64,000 nt of DNA from an uncultured Verrucomicrobiae bacterium (GTDB taxonomy: Bacteria > Verrucomicrobiota > Verrucomicrobiia > Chthoniobacterales > Chthoniobacteraceae), in NCBI GenBank assembly GCA_963769025.1, contig CAVYKI010000009.1:896001-960000 (forward strand). Direction: 5' to 3'. The notes beneath the pieces were generated by a model that worked only from the letters and a program-made list of their open reading frames with translations, did not search any database and had not been told where the DNA came from. This document shows positions 43,181-51,943 of this stretch, piece after piece. Both the position numbers and the translations under genes were made by a program. Position 1 is the stretch's first letter. The number at the start of each line of letters is the position of its first letter.

Positions 43181-45109
43181 ATGTCACAAAACTCCCGAGC
43201 ATCGTCACCCACCCCCGGCATCCGCCGCCGCTGCCCGGATTGTGGAGCGGAATTCGATGCCGCGGCTGTTCGCGGCACGACGGCGAACTGCTGCGATGCA
43301 TGCCAGGTGAAGCGGATGACCTTCGTGCCCCCTCCCATCGCCGCGGTCATTCCGGCGCCGGAAGCAGAGCCGCGCTGGTATCGCTCGCGAATCATGTGGC
43401 TCGGGCTGCTAATTTCCGCCGCAGCAGCGACCGCCGGGTTCGTCTGGCGGAAGCCCCTCGTCCACCAATACCGCGAGTGGACGCAAGACATGCACGCGAG
43501 GCGCGCAGCGGAAGGCCTTGAAAACAAGGACTACCAGCGCGCGATCCTCGACGGCCGCAAGGCGCTCGAATTCGATGCTTTCGATGTGGAGGCAAACCGC
43601 GTCATCGCAAAGGCGTTCGAAGCTCAAGGATCCGCAGAGGCGATCGCATGGCGTGCGAGGCTCAACATCATCAAGCCTGGCGATCCTGAAAACGCGCTCT
43701 CGTGGGCGCGTGACGCGTTGGACATCGGCGACGTCGACACCGCCGAGGATGCCCTCGCGGTGCTGAAACCCTCCGACCAAGGCGGCGCAACGTTTCACGG
43801 CATCGCGGCCAGGATCGCGCTGGGGAAGAGGGACCTCGAAAAGGCGGAGTCGCACTGGACCGAAGCGGTGCGCCTCGAACCATCTTCCGACGACTACCGG
43901 CTGAGTCTTGCAAGGCTGCAGGTGCGCTCGCGCACGGCGGGTGTCCGCGACGCTGCAACGAGGACGCTCGAATCGCTCACGGAAAATCCGGCCCATCGTG
44001 TCACCGCGCTTCGCACGCTGATCGAGGATGCAATGAACCATCAGGAATTTTCCCATGCACGGGCGCTCGCCGATCGGCTCGTTGCGATTCCAGATGCCCC
44101 CTTTGGCGATCGCATCGGACGCCTCGCCGTGCTCCGCGACCAGAATGCGCCGGATGCGCCGCAATATCTCGAGCAGCTCCGCGCTGAATCGATCGGGAAG
44201 CCGGAGCAGCTTTCCACGTTGCTCGAGTGGATGAATCAAAACGAACTCCCGCTTCTCGTTTCAGACTGGGTGCCGGCGCTTCCGCCGGGCATCTCGTCGA
44301 AACCTCCCGTGTCCCTCGCCGTTGCGGACGCCTATGGCCGCGGCCGCGAATGGACGAAGCTGAAGTCGCTGGTGGAAACCGCTTCGTGGAAAGGCTTCGA
44401 ACACGTCCGCCTCGCGTACCTCGCTCACGCGCTGAACAATCTTGGCAACGTCGTCGCAGCGAAGACGACTTGGGGCCGGGCAATCGCGGAATGCGACGAA
44501 AAACCCGAACGCCTCGCGTTTCTCGTCCGCCTCGCACAGACATGGCGGTGGGATGAGCCCGCGGAACTCACGCTGCGAAAGCTGTCCGCCGACGAGCGCA
44601 CGCCGATATGGGTGCTCGACGCGCTTTGGAACGTCGCGCGGAAATCCGGCGACTCCGCCGAATTGCACAGGCTGAGCCGCCTCATCGTAAAGACACGCCC
44701 GAAGAACCCGGCTGCGCGCAACAACTTCATCCGCCTCTCGCTGCTGCGCCACATGGACGAGGGCTCCACCCATGCTCTCGCCAGCGCGCTTTTCAAGGAG
44801 CGCCCGGACGACATCTCCTGCGCGGTGACATATGCGCTGTCGCTCTTTCTGAAGGACAAGGTTTACGAAGCCGTGGAGACCATGCAGACATTTCCCGCCG
44901 ACCGACTCCGCGCGCCCGAAGCCGCGCTCTACTACGCGATCTTCCTCCAGGCCTCGGGCGACACGGGAAAGGCGGACGAATTCTTCGCACTGTCCAAGGG
45001 GCCGGCGCTGCTCCGCGAGGAGGAGGAACTGACCGCGAAGGTGAGGCGCGAATCGCGATTCAACACGCTCACGCCTGCACCGAAGAAACCGAAGGCGCAG
45101 GCGGAATAG
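43181..45109 (+). CDS. Membrane-anchored helical-repeat (TPR-like) protein with an N-terminal Cys4 motif
   Basis: CPDCG..CCDAC, one TM helix, long alpha-helical repeats. Confidence 0.7.
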   Translation: MSQNSRASSPTPGIRRRCPDCGAEFDAAAVRGTTANCCDACQVKRMTFVPPPIAAVIPAPEAEPRWYRSRIMWLGLLISAAAATAGFVWRKPLVHQYREWTQDMHARRAAEGLENKDYQRAILDGRKALEFDAFDVEANRVIAKAFEAQGSAEAIAWRARLNIIKPGDPENALSWARDALDIGDVDTAEDALAVLKPSDQGGATFHGIAARIALGKRDLEKAESHWTEAVRLEPSSDDYRLSLARLQVRSRTAGVRDAATRTLESLTENPAHRVTALRTLIEDAMNHQEFSHARALADRLVAIPDAPFGDRIGRLAVLRDQNAPDAPQYLEQLRAESIGKPEQLSTLLEWMNQNELPLLVSDWVPALPPGISSKPPVSLAVADAYGRGREWTKLKSLVETASWKGFEHVRLAYLAHALNNLGNVVAAKTTWGRAIAECDEKPERLAFLVRLAQTWRWDEPAELTLRKLSADERTPIWVLDALWNVARKSGDSAELHRLSRLIVKTRPKNPAARNNFIRLSLLRHMDEGSTHALASALFKERPDDISCAVTYALSLFLKDKVYEAVETMQTFPADRLRAPEAALYYAIFLQASGDTGKADEFFALSKGPALLREEEELTAKVRRESRFNTLTPAPKKPKAQAE

Positions 45110-45115
45110 CGTTCC

Positions 45116-46231
45116 TCAATCACCCGCCGGCGGCCTGGCAAACCGAAAGCCCTCAAGCGACACAGTGGGGCCGATGCCTTTGGAGAAGGCCGCGACCTTG
45201 AACGATGTGCCCATGAACTGCGGGTGCATCAGCGTCTGGAATGCGCGGCGCTCGGAGGCATTCGCACCATCGGCAAAATGCGCGACGCCGACACCGACCA
45301 TGAAGTGATGCTGATCCGTGAAACCCTCCAGGCGCAGTCCCGATACCGATGCCGCCTCGATGAGGCTGTCGAACTCGACATGCGCCGTGAGATCGATCTC
45401 GCCAGGCCGAACAAGCGGATCGCGCTCGCGCCGATGATTTGCATACGCCGACAGCGTGCCCTCGGTTCGCTCCGGCGCGTAGTATTCGAGACGCGGAAAG
45501 CCGTAGTCCACCGCGAGCACAAATCCGCGCCGCATGACGGCAGCCAGTTCGCCGATCCACTCCGCCGCCGCGAGATTCACCTCCGTCGTATAACCCTCCG
45601 GCAGCGGACCCGGAATCCGAGCGCACGCCGCGCCGAGCGCGCCGGAGGGTGCCGGACCATCGACAAAGACGAACCGCCCATCACGCTCCACGACGATTCG
45701 CTCACGCCACTCACGGCCCGTCCATTTCACCAGATGCACCGGGAATGCATCCGGCAGTTCGTTGGAAAGATGCACGCCTGCCTCAACGCGAAGCTCATCC
45801 AGCCCGCGCACCCACTCCGCTGTTTCACCGCAAGCAGCGAGCCGCTCGCGCTGCCGTGCTTCGAGCTTCGGAAATGGTTCCACGATTTTGTAACGCATTG
45901 CCTTGTGGCAGTCTGAAAACATCGTGCGCAACCCGCCGAGCACATCCGCCGCGAGGTCGCCGCCGTGCGCGCCCTGTTCGACGATCGTGAAATCCCCAGG
46001 CTCCCCGAGCACCCGCCACATCCCCGCGATCTGCCTCGCGAGCAATCTTCCAAAAAGAGGCCCCACGCTCACATTCGTAAAAAAATCGCCGCCCCGTCCG
46101 ATGCGCGCATTGCCCGACGCGTAGTAGCCGAGTTCCGGATGATATAGCGCCAGTTCCATGAACCGCCGGAAAGGCATCGGCCCGCCGGTGGCAATCTCGG
46201 AACGGATCAATTCGGTGAGCGTGGCGGACAT
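45116..46231 (-). CDS. MidA/NDUFAF7-family SAM-dependent methyltransferase
   Basis: FMELALYHPELGYY, GDFFT, EQGAHGG, SNELPDAFP, DYG, DLTAHVEF. Confidence 0.92.
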   Translation of the reverse strand: MSATLTELIRSEIATGGPMPFRRFMELALYHPELGYYASGNARIGRGGDFFTNVSVGPLFGRLLARQIAGMWRVLGEPGDFTIVEQGAHGGDLAADVLGGLRTMFSDCHKAMRYKIVEPFPKLEARQRERLAACGETAEWVRGLDELRVEAGVHLSNELPDAFPVHLVKWTGREWRERIVVERDGRFVFVDGPAPSGALGAACARIPGPLPEGYTTEVNLAAAEWIGELAAVMRRGFVLAVDYGFPRLEYYAPERTEGTLSAYANHRRERDPLVRPGEIDLTAHVEFDSLIEAASVSGLRLEGFTDQHHFMVGVGVAHFADGANASERRAFQTLMHPQFMGTSFKVAAFSKGIGPTVSLEGFRFARPPAGD

Positions 46232-46356
46232 CGGAAGCAGCACGCTTAGCCGCCACACACGGCGCGCAAAGAAAGAATTCATCCCGGGTTCGCAAACTAA
46301 GAACTCTTTCCCCCAAAGACTTGTCCCCCGCACAACGCCGGAACTAGCTTCGCTCC

Positions 46357-47619
46357 ATGCTCACACGCCTCCTTTTCCTCGCCCTGCTCACCCACGCCGC
46401 CGTCGCCGAGGACTGGCCCCAATGGCGCGGACCGCGCAACGACGGCCGCAGCACCGAGAACTCCTTTCCCACCACGTGGAGCAAGACCGAAAACGTCCTC
46501 TGGCGCACCGAACTCCCCGGCGGAGGCCACGCCTCGCCCATCGTGTATGGCGGCAAAGTCTTCACCGTCGCCGCCACTCCCGATACCGGCGAGCGCCTCC
46601 TCCTCTGCCTCGACCGCACGACGGGCAGGAAGCTCTGGCAGCAGACCGTCGTGAAGTCTCCCGCCGAGCGCATCCACCGCGAAAACAGCCACGCCTCCTC
46701 CACGCCGGCGTGCGATGGCGACCGCGTCTTCTGCACCTTCCTCGATGGCAAGGACGTCGTCGTCTCCGCCTACAGCCTCGACGGGAAAATGCTCTGGCAA
46801 AAGCGTCCCGGCATTTTCACGAGCGTCCACGGCTTTTGCAGCACGCCGATTCCGTACAAGGACAAGATCATCGTGAACTGCGACCACGACGGCGACGGCT
46901 ATATCGTCGCACTCGCGCGCGCAGATGGCCGCGAACTTTGGCGGATCGAGCGACCGAACAAGACGCGCAGCTACTGCACGCCCATCATCCGCGAAGCCGC
47001 CGGCCGCACGCAGATGGTCCTGAGCGGGAGCAAGTGCATCGCAAGTTACGACCCCGACACCGGCAAACAGCTCTGGATCGTGGACGGCCCCACCGACCAG
47101 TTCGTCGCTTCGCCGGTCTATTCGGAAAAGACCGGCCTCTTCTACATCACCGGCGGATTCCCCGAACACCACATCATGGCCATCCGCCCGGACGGCAACG
47201 GCAACGTCACCAACACACACGTCGTCTGGCATCACAACAATGGCGCGGGCGTCTCCTACGTCCCCTCACCGATCATCGAAGGCGACTGGTTCCTCGTCAC
47301 CGACGACCGCGGATTCGCCCACGCCTTCGATGCAAGGACCGGCGACATCGTCTGGAATGAAAAGTTTGGCCGCAGCCACGCCAGCATCGTCAGTGCCGCC
47401 GGCCTTCTCTATTTCATGAACGACGCCGGAGTGTGCCGCGTCGTGAAGCCCGCCGACAAATTCGCCACCATCGCCACGAACGATCTCGGCGAACCCTCCT
47501 ACGCCTCCCCCGCCCTCAGCGACGGCCAGATTTTCCTCCGCACGGACAAAGCGCTCTACTGCATCGGCCACCCGGCGAAAACCGCCGCCACTTCGCCCGC
47601 GCCGCAAGCCAAACCGTAA
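46357..47619 (+). CDS. PQQ-like beta-propeller repeat protein (BamB-like), exported
   Basis: DWPQWRGP, repeated W..SP / TG..W blades, YASPA..LRT..LYCI. Confidence 0.9.
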   Translation: MLTRLLFLALLTHAAVAEDWPQWRGPRNDGRSTENSFPTTWSKTENVLWRTELPGGGHASPIVYGGKVFTVAATPDTGERLLLCLDRTTGRKLWQQTVVKSPAERIHRENSHASSTPACDGDRVFCTFLDGKDVVVSAYSLDGKMLWQKRPGIFTSVHGFCSTPIPYKDKIIVNCDHDGDGYIVALARADGRELWRIERPNKTRSYCTPIIREAAGRTQMVLSGSKCIASYDPDTGKQLWIVDGPTDQFVASPVYSEKTGLFYITGGFPEHHIMAIRPDGNGNVTNTHVVWHHNNGAGVSYVPSPIIEGDWFLVTDDRGFAHAFDARTGDIVWNEKFGRSHASIVSAAGLLYFMNDAGVCRVVKPADKFATIATNDLGEPSYASPALSDGQIFLRTDKALYCIGHPAKTAATSPAPQAKP

Positions 47620-47666
47620 GCTTGACCGTCCGCCCCTGAGGACTCAGCGATTCCTTCCTCTCACGG

Positions 47667-48626
47667 ATGTTGTTTCGCTCACTCTGCCTCGCCCTGCCCC
47701 TGCTCCTCGCCGCCTGCGCGGTAAACTCTTCGACCGCGACGGGGCGCATTCCAAAGCCGGACATCCTTGCCCTGCCGGATGCGCGCCGCATGGCGGTGTA
47801 TCACTTCGGCGATCCGCAGGGCACGCCCGTGTTCTTTTTCCACGGCTGGCCCAGCGACGCCGGCACCGGCGTGCTGCTGGATGCCGCTGCGCGGAAGCAT
47901 CACCTCCACGTGATCGCCCCGGATCGCCCAGGCATCGGCCGCAGCGATCCGAAGCCAAATCGTACGCTTGCGGACTGGCCTGGAGACGTCCGGGCAATCG
48001 CGGCGCACTATCGTCTCGGTAAATTTGCCGTGCTCGGCATCTCCGGCGGCGGTCCGTACGCACTGGCGACGGCACGGGCGATGCCGGGACAGGTCACCTC
48101 CGTCACAGTCGTCAGTGGCGTCCCTCCGCTGGATGATCCGCGCGACGTGGACACCCTGCCCGCAAGTTATCGCCGGCTGATGCGAGGGCAAAGCGACCAC
48201 CCGGAGAGCATGCGGGTACAGTTCCGCGCCGCCCGCCCGCTGCTAAGCCATGTCGTGCCGGACGCCTTTCTGTATCTCGGCACGCTCAACCTTCCCGCTC
48301 CCGATCGCGCCGCGCTCGCCAATCCACGCACCGCCGCAGCCGTCTTTGGCGGAATGCGACGGAGTTGGCGCTCATCCAGCGACGGCGTTTACGAGGACGC
48401 AGTCCTCTACGCGAGCCCGTGGAGTTTCTCGCCCTCGCAAATCCGCACACCCGTGGAATTCTGGCACGGTGCCCTGGACCGCAACTTCCCGCCGGAACTC
48501 GCGCGCAAACTCGCCGCCAAAATCCCCGGCGCGCGCATCCACATCGTGCCCGACGAGGGCCACTACTCCCTGCCCGTGAAGCACGCCGAGGCAATCCTTG
48601 CGCCCCTCGCCCGAAAGGCGCGCTGA
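47667..48626 (+). CDS. Alpha/beta hydrolase, probable lipoprotein
   Basis: LAAC lipobox, HGWP, DRPGIGRS, GISGGG, WHG..D, EGH. Confidence 0.88.
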   Translation: MLFRSLCLALPLLLAACAVNSSTATGRIPKPDILALPDARRMAVYHFGDPQGTPVFFFHGWPSDAGTGVLLDAAARKHHLHVIAPDRPGIGRSDPKPNRTLADWPGDVRAIAAHYRLGKFAVLGISGGGPYALATARAMPGQVTSVTVVSGVPPLDDPRDVDTLPASYRRLMRGQSDHPESMRVQFRAARPLLSHVVPDAFLYLGTLNLPAPDRAALANPRTAAAVFGGMRRSWRSSSDGVYEDAVLYASPWSFSPSQIRTPVEFWHGALDRNFPPELARKLAAKIPGARIHIVPDEGHYSLPVKHAEAILAPLARKAR

Positions 48627-48641
48627 CCGCGCCCCTCCGCC

Positions 48642-49598
48642 CTACGATCCGCCGCGGTAAATGCGCGCGAGTTGCAGCAGCAGGGCTTCAAGTTCACGGA
48701 AGTAGTCATCCTCCTTCATCGCGGACTTCCGATCACGGAGACCGGCGACTTCCCGTTCCAGCAAGTCACGCTCTGCGCGCTGCGAGGCGGTAAGCGCAAG
48801 CTCGGCGGCACTGCGGACGAGATGAATCTGCGCGCCGCGCAACCCGTCCGGCGCGCTTCCATCCCGCGCCTTCTTCACGGCTCGGACGCCGGAGAACCAG
48901 TCGGGCGGCGTGCCGAGCCCGTCGCCGTTGTCGTCGAGCAACGAGTGCTCGGTCGCGATACGCCCCTCGTCCTTGTAGAAATCGGCAGTCTTGCGCGCTG
49001 CGGTGAGCCATGCCTCCAGCAACGATGTCTCGCCGTCCTTGTCGATGTCCGCAGAAGGATCGGCGATCGTCTGCGCGAGATAGCCACCAAAACGCGAGTA
49101 GTTGTTCTCCGAGCCGTTCTTCGTCGCAGTGACGACGACGCGGTCCGCCCCCGCGAGCGGTTTCAGCCAAGCACCGCTCGCCGAGAATGCGCAGACGACC
49201 ACCACCGTGCGCCGGAAGGGCTTCAACCATGCCGCAAGCTCCGAGGCGGCGAGGTCGTCGCCACGGAGGTTGAACTTCGCATCCTTCGCGTCGGCCGTGC
49301 CGTGTCCGAGGAGCACGATCCACAGTTCGTTCGCGCCTTCCTTCGGCTCCGCCTCGATCGCAGCTTTCAGCCGGTCGCGGTCCGATGCGGCGTCCTTATC
49401 CAGGCCGAACGTGAGGGTTTTCGCACCACCCGCATTGGACGCCTTCTGCCAATGCGCCGCCCACGCCGCGAATGCATCGTCATATCCCTGCTCCCCGCCC
49501 GCGCCCGCCGCGATGAGCACCGTGACTCGCTCGTTTTCCCCATTCGCAAGGAACGGCGTGACGAGGGACAGAACTACGAGCAGCAACCGGATCATCAT
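48642..49598 (-). CDS. Exported caspase/hemoglobinase (C13-like)-fold protein
   Basis: Signal peptide, LWIVLLGHGT, VVCAFSASG, VVVTATK, ADIDKDGETSLLEA, LLDDNGDG. Confidence 0.65.
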   Translation of the reverse strand: MMIRLLLVVLSLVTPFLANGENERVTVLIAAGAGGEQGYDDAFAAWAAHWQKASNAGGAKTLTFGLDKDAASDRDRLKAAIEAEPKEGANELWIVLLGHGTADAKDAKFNLRGDDLAASELAAWLKPFRRTVVVVCAFSASGAWLKPLAGADRVVVTATKNGSENNYSRFGGYLAQTIADPSADIDKDGETSLLEAWLTAARKTADFYKDEGRIATEHSLLDDNGDGLGTPPDWFSGVRAVKKARDGSAPDGLRGAQIHLVRSAAELALTASQRAERDLLEREVAGLRDRKSAMKEDDYFRELEALLLQLARIYRGGS

Positions 49599-51943
49599 GC
49601 GAGTCCGGAACGGCGACGCAGGCCCCATTCCGCAAGAAAGCAGCCGAGTGAAAAAAGAAACACCCAAGGCGTATGCCACAGAGGCTCGGTGACCGTCTCG
49701 GTGATCGGCGCATTCCGCCGCGGCAGGTCGCGGGAAAATGTCTCCAGGCGCTCCGCCGCGATGACCTCGCCGCCGGTCTTGCGCGCAAGGTCGGCCATGA
49801 GTGTGCGATTCGGAGCGAGCACGCGGAATTCGTCGGCGTCGAAGTTCGTGCTCCATCCGGTTTGCGCGGTCCCGGCGTTCGCACCGCTCTCATTCAGCAC
49901 CGTCGCCTCGACCAGGTAGCCGCCGCTCTCACGCGGCACGTAGGTCGCAATGTAAACTCCTGCGTCCTTTGGCGACGGTTCGGCGGCGATGGTGAGTTCC
50001 GCGTCCGGCCCGCGCGCACCCGCACGCACCACCTTCACCGTCACCCGCGCATTTTCGATCGGCTCAAACTTCGCGTCCCGCGCCCGCACTTCGATCCGCA
50101 CGCCATGCGCATCCGCCTGCGGCTCCGCATGCATCTCGATCGCACCCGGCACGTCCGCGACGAGCCAGCGCACCATCTGCCGCCACGCCCGCCCGAGATC
50201 CTTTTGCCGTACTTCGTCGCCGAGACCCGTATGCCACAGGTCGCCGATCAGCATCGCCGCCGTGCGACCGCGTCCGAAACGCTGCGTGACGAGCGCCGGA
50301 TGCTCGCGCTTCCCGTCGCTCACCGTCGCAATGACGGTGGCCGCGGGTTTTGCCGTGCCGACGTGATTGAGAACGCCGGACGCCGGAAGTTCGTCCAGAC
50401 GTTTGCGCTCGTCGCCCTCCGTCGTGCGCAGCCGCGCCCAAGGCTGGAGCCAGCCCTCGCGCGTGAGCGACAGGCGCAATTCGCCCGGCTCCTCGGTGGC
50501 CCGCTTGGTGAGATACACTGGCAGCATTTCCCCCACTGCCGTCTGCGAATAATTCCCGTCGCCGAACGACTCCGCTCCGCCGAGCATCAGAAAGCCGCCG
50601 CCACGCTCGCTCACGAATCGCTGAAGCAGCGACATCTGCGCCGGGGTGAAGAACTCCGCCTCCACATCGTCGAGGATGATCGCGCGGTAGCGGAAAAGCT
50701 CCTCCGCGGTCTTCGGAAAGCCGCCGCGCAGTTCGTTCTCATCCTCGGTGCCGAGGCGCACCAGCACCGGCTGGTCGTAGCGCTCGATCTCTTCCTTCGA
50801 CTGGTTTCCGAAGCCGCGGAAGAGCGGATTGCTCGACTCGCCCGCACGGCCGCGAAAATCAAACTTCGGTTCCCTTTTCGCGATGCGGATGAGCGCCACG
50901 AGCTGCGTCTGCTCCTCGCCATCGAGTGCGCGGCGCAGGAATTTGTACTCCCAGTTTGGCCGCCCGCTCACGTACAGCAGGCGATACGGCCCGCCGCCGC
51001 GATCCACGGTCACGATGGTTTCGTTGTTCGCCAGCGTCGCCTCGGGCGCCCCTGGGTTCTTCGCGCCGACGCTGAGCCGGTACGAGGCCACACCCGGCTT
51101 TTCGGGCTTCAGGCGGAATTGGAACACGACCTTCGTCGCATCGCGCGGCACTTTCAGGAATTCCTCCGCGACTGGCTTCGAGTCCGCAACCGGAGTTCCG
51201 GAGCCGATGAGAAAGAGTCTGCCGACGATCGTCTCATCCCCGAAACCTGAAGCACTCACATCCGCCTGCACGGTCACAGGCGCATCGTCGAACGAAGTCA
51301 GCGTGACCGCCGTGCTTGTGATCGCGAGATCCCGCCTGGCCTTGTCGCTGCCGAATACCACCGGATACACGGGTGGCAGACCCTCGATCGCCCCGACATC
51401 CGCGAGATCGCCTGCGTTACCATCGGTCATCAGGACGATCCCAGCGAGGGGCTGTCCGCGATGCCGTGCAGCGATCTGCCTCAGCGATGCGCCCAATGCG
51501 CTGGTGCGTCCGTCAAAGTTCAGATCGGAGAAGGCATCCGTGGGCCGCAGACGCGAATCCGCGAGGTAATTTCGGACCTCGAAATTCTCTCCAAGCGACT
51601 TCCGCCACCCGCTCCGCTCGCCGACGAGGCTCTCCCGGATCTCCGCACCACGCGACAATTCCGCATCCGGCTCCTGCAACGAGAGGCTCCGGCTGTTGTC
51701 CGCGACGATCGCAAAGACGTTCGCCCCCGGCTTCGCCTTCTCGCGGCTCCACATCGGCTCTAGCAGACACGCGAGGAGCGCCGCGATTCCCAGAAGCTTC
51801 AGCACCGCACACGCAAGCTTCAGCGGCATCGACGCGCCGCCGCGGAGATACGACCACGCGACAAACAGGATCGAGCAAGCCGCGAGCGCCGCCACCGGCA
51901 TCAGCCACGCCGTTCCCGCAAAGAAGAGGGTGCCGACGGACAT
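49595..51943 (-). CDS. Membrane protein with vWA-like and GATase1-like (DUF1355-type) domains
   Basis: N-terminal TMs, DNSRSL/TDG MIDAS-like, GRPNWEYKFL, FVSERGGGFLMLGG, C-terminal EWGLRRRSGLA. Confidence 0.8.
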   Translation of the reverse strand: MSVGTLFFAGTAWLMPVAALAACSILFVAWSYLRGGASMPLKLACAVLKLLGIAALLACLLEPMWSREKAKPGANVFAIVADNSRSLSLQEPDAELSRGAEIRESLVGERSGWRKSLGENFEVRNYLADSRLRPTDAFSDLNFDGRTSALGASLRQIAARHRGQPLAGIVLMTDGNAGDLADVGAIEGLPPVYPVVFGSDKARRDLAITSTAVTLTSFDDAPVTVQADVSASGFGDETIVGRLFLIGSGTPVADSKPVAEEFLKVPRDATKVVFQFRLKPEKPGVASYRLSVGAKNPGAPEATLANNETIVTVDRGGGPYRLLYVSGRPNWEYKFLRRALDGEEQTQLVALIRIAKREPKFDFRGRAGESSNPLFRGFGNQSKEEIERYDQPVLVRLGTEDENELRGGFPKTAEELFRYRAIILDDVEAEFFTPAQMSLLQRFVSERGGGFLMLGGAESFGDGNYSQTAVGEMLPVYLTKRATEEPGELRLSLTREGWLQPWARLRTTEGDERKRLDELPASGVLNHVGTAKPAATVIATVSDGKREHPALVTQRFGRGRTAAMLIGDLWHTGLGDEVRQKDLGRAWRQMVRWLVADVPGAIEMHAEPQADAHGVRIEVRARDAKFEPIENARVTVKVVRAGARGPDAELTIAAEPSPKDAGVYIATYVPRESGGYLVEATVLNESGANAGTAQTGWSTNFDADEFRVLAPNRTLMADLARKTGGEVIAAERLETFSRDLPRRNAPITETVTEPLWHTPWVFLFSLGCFLAEWGLRRRSGLA

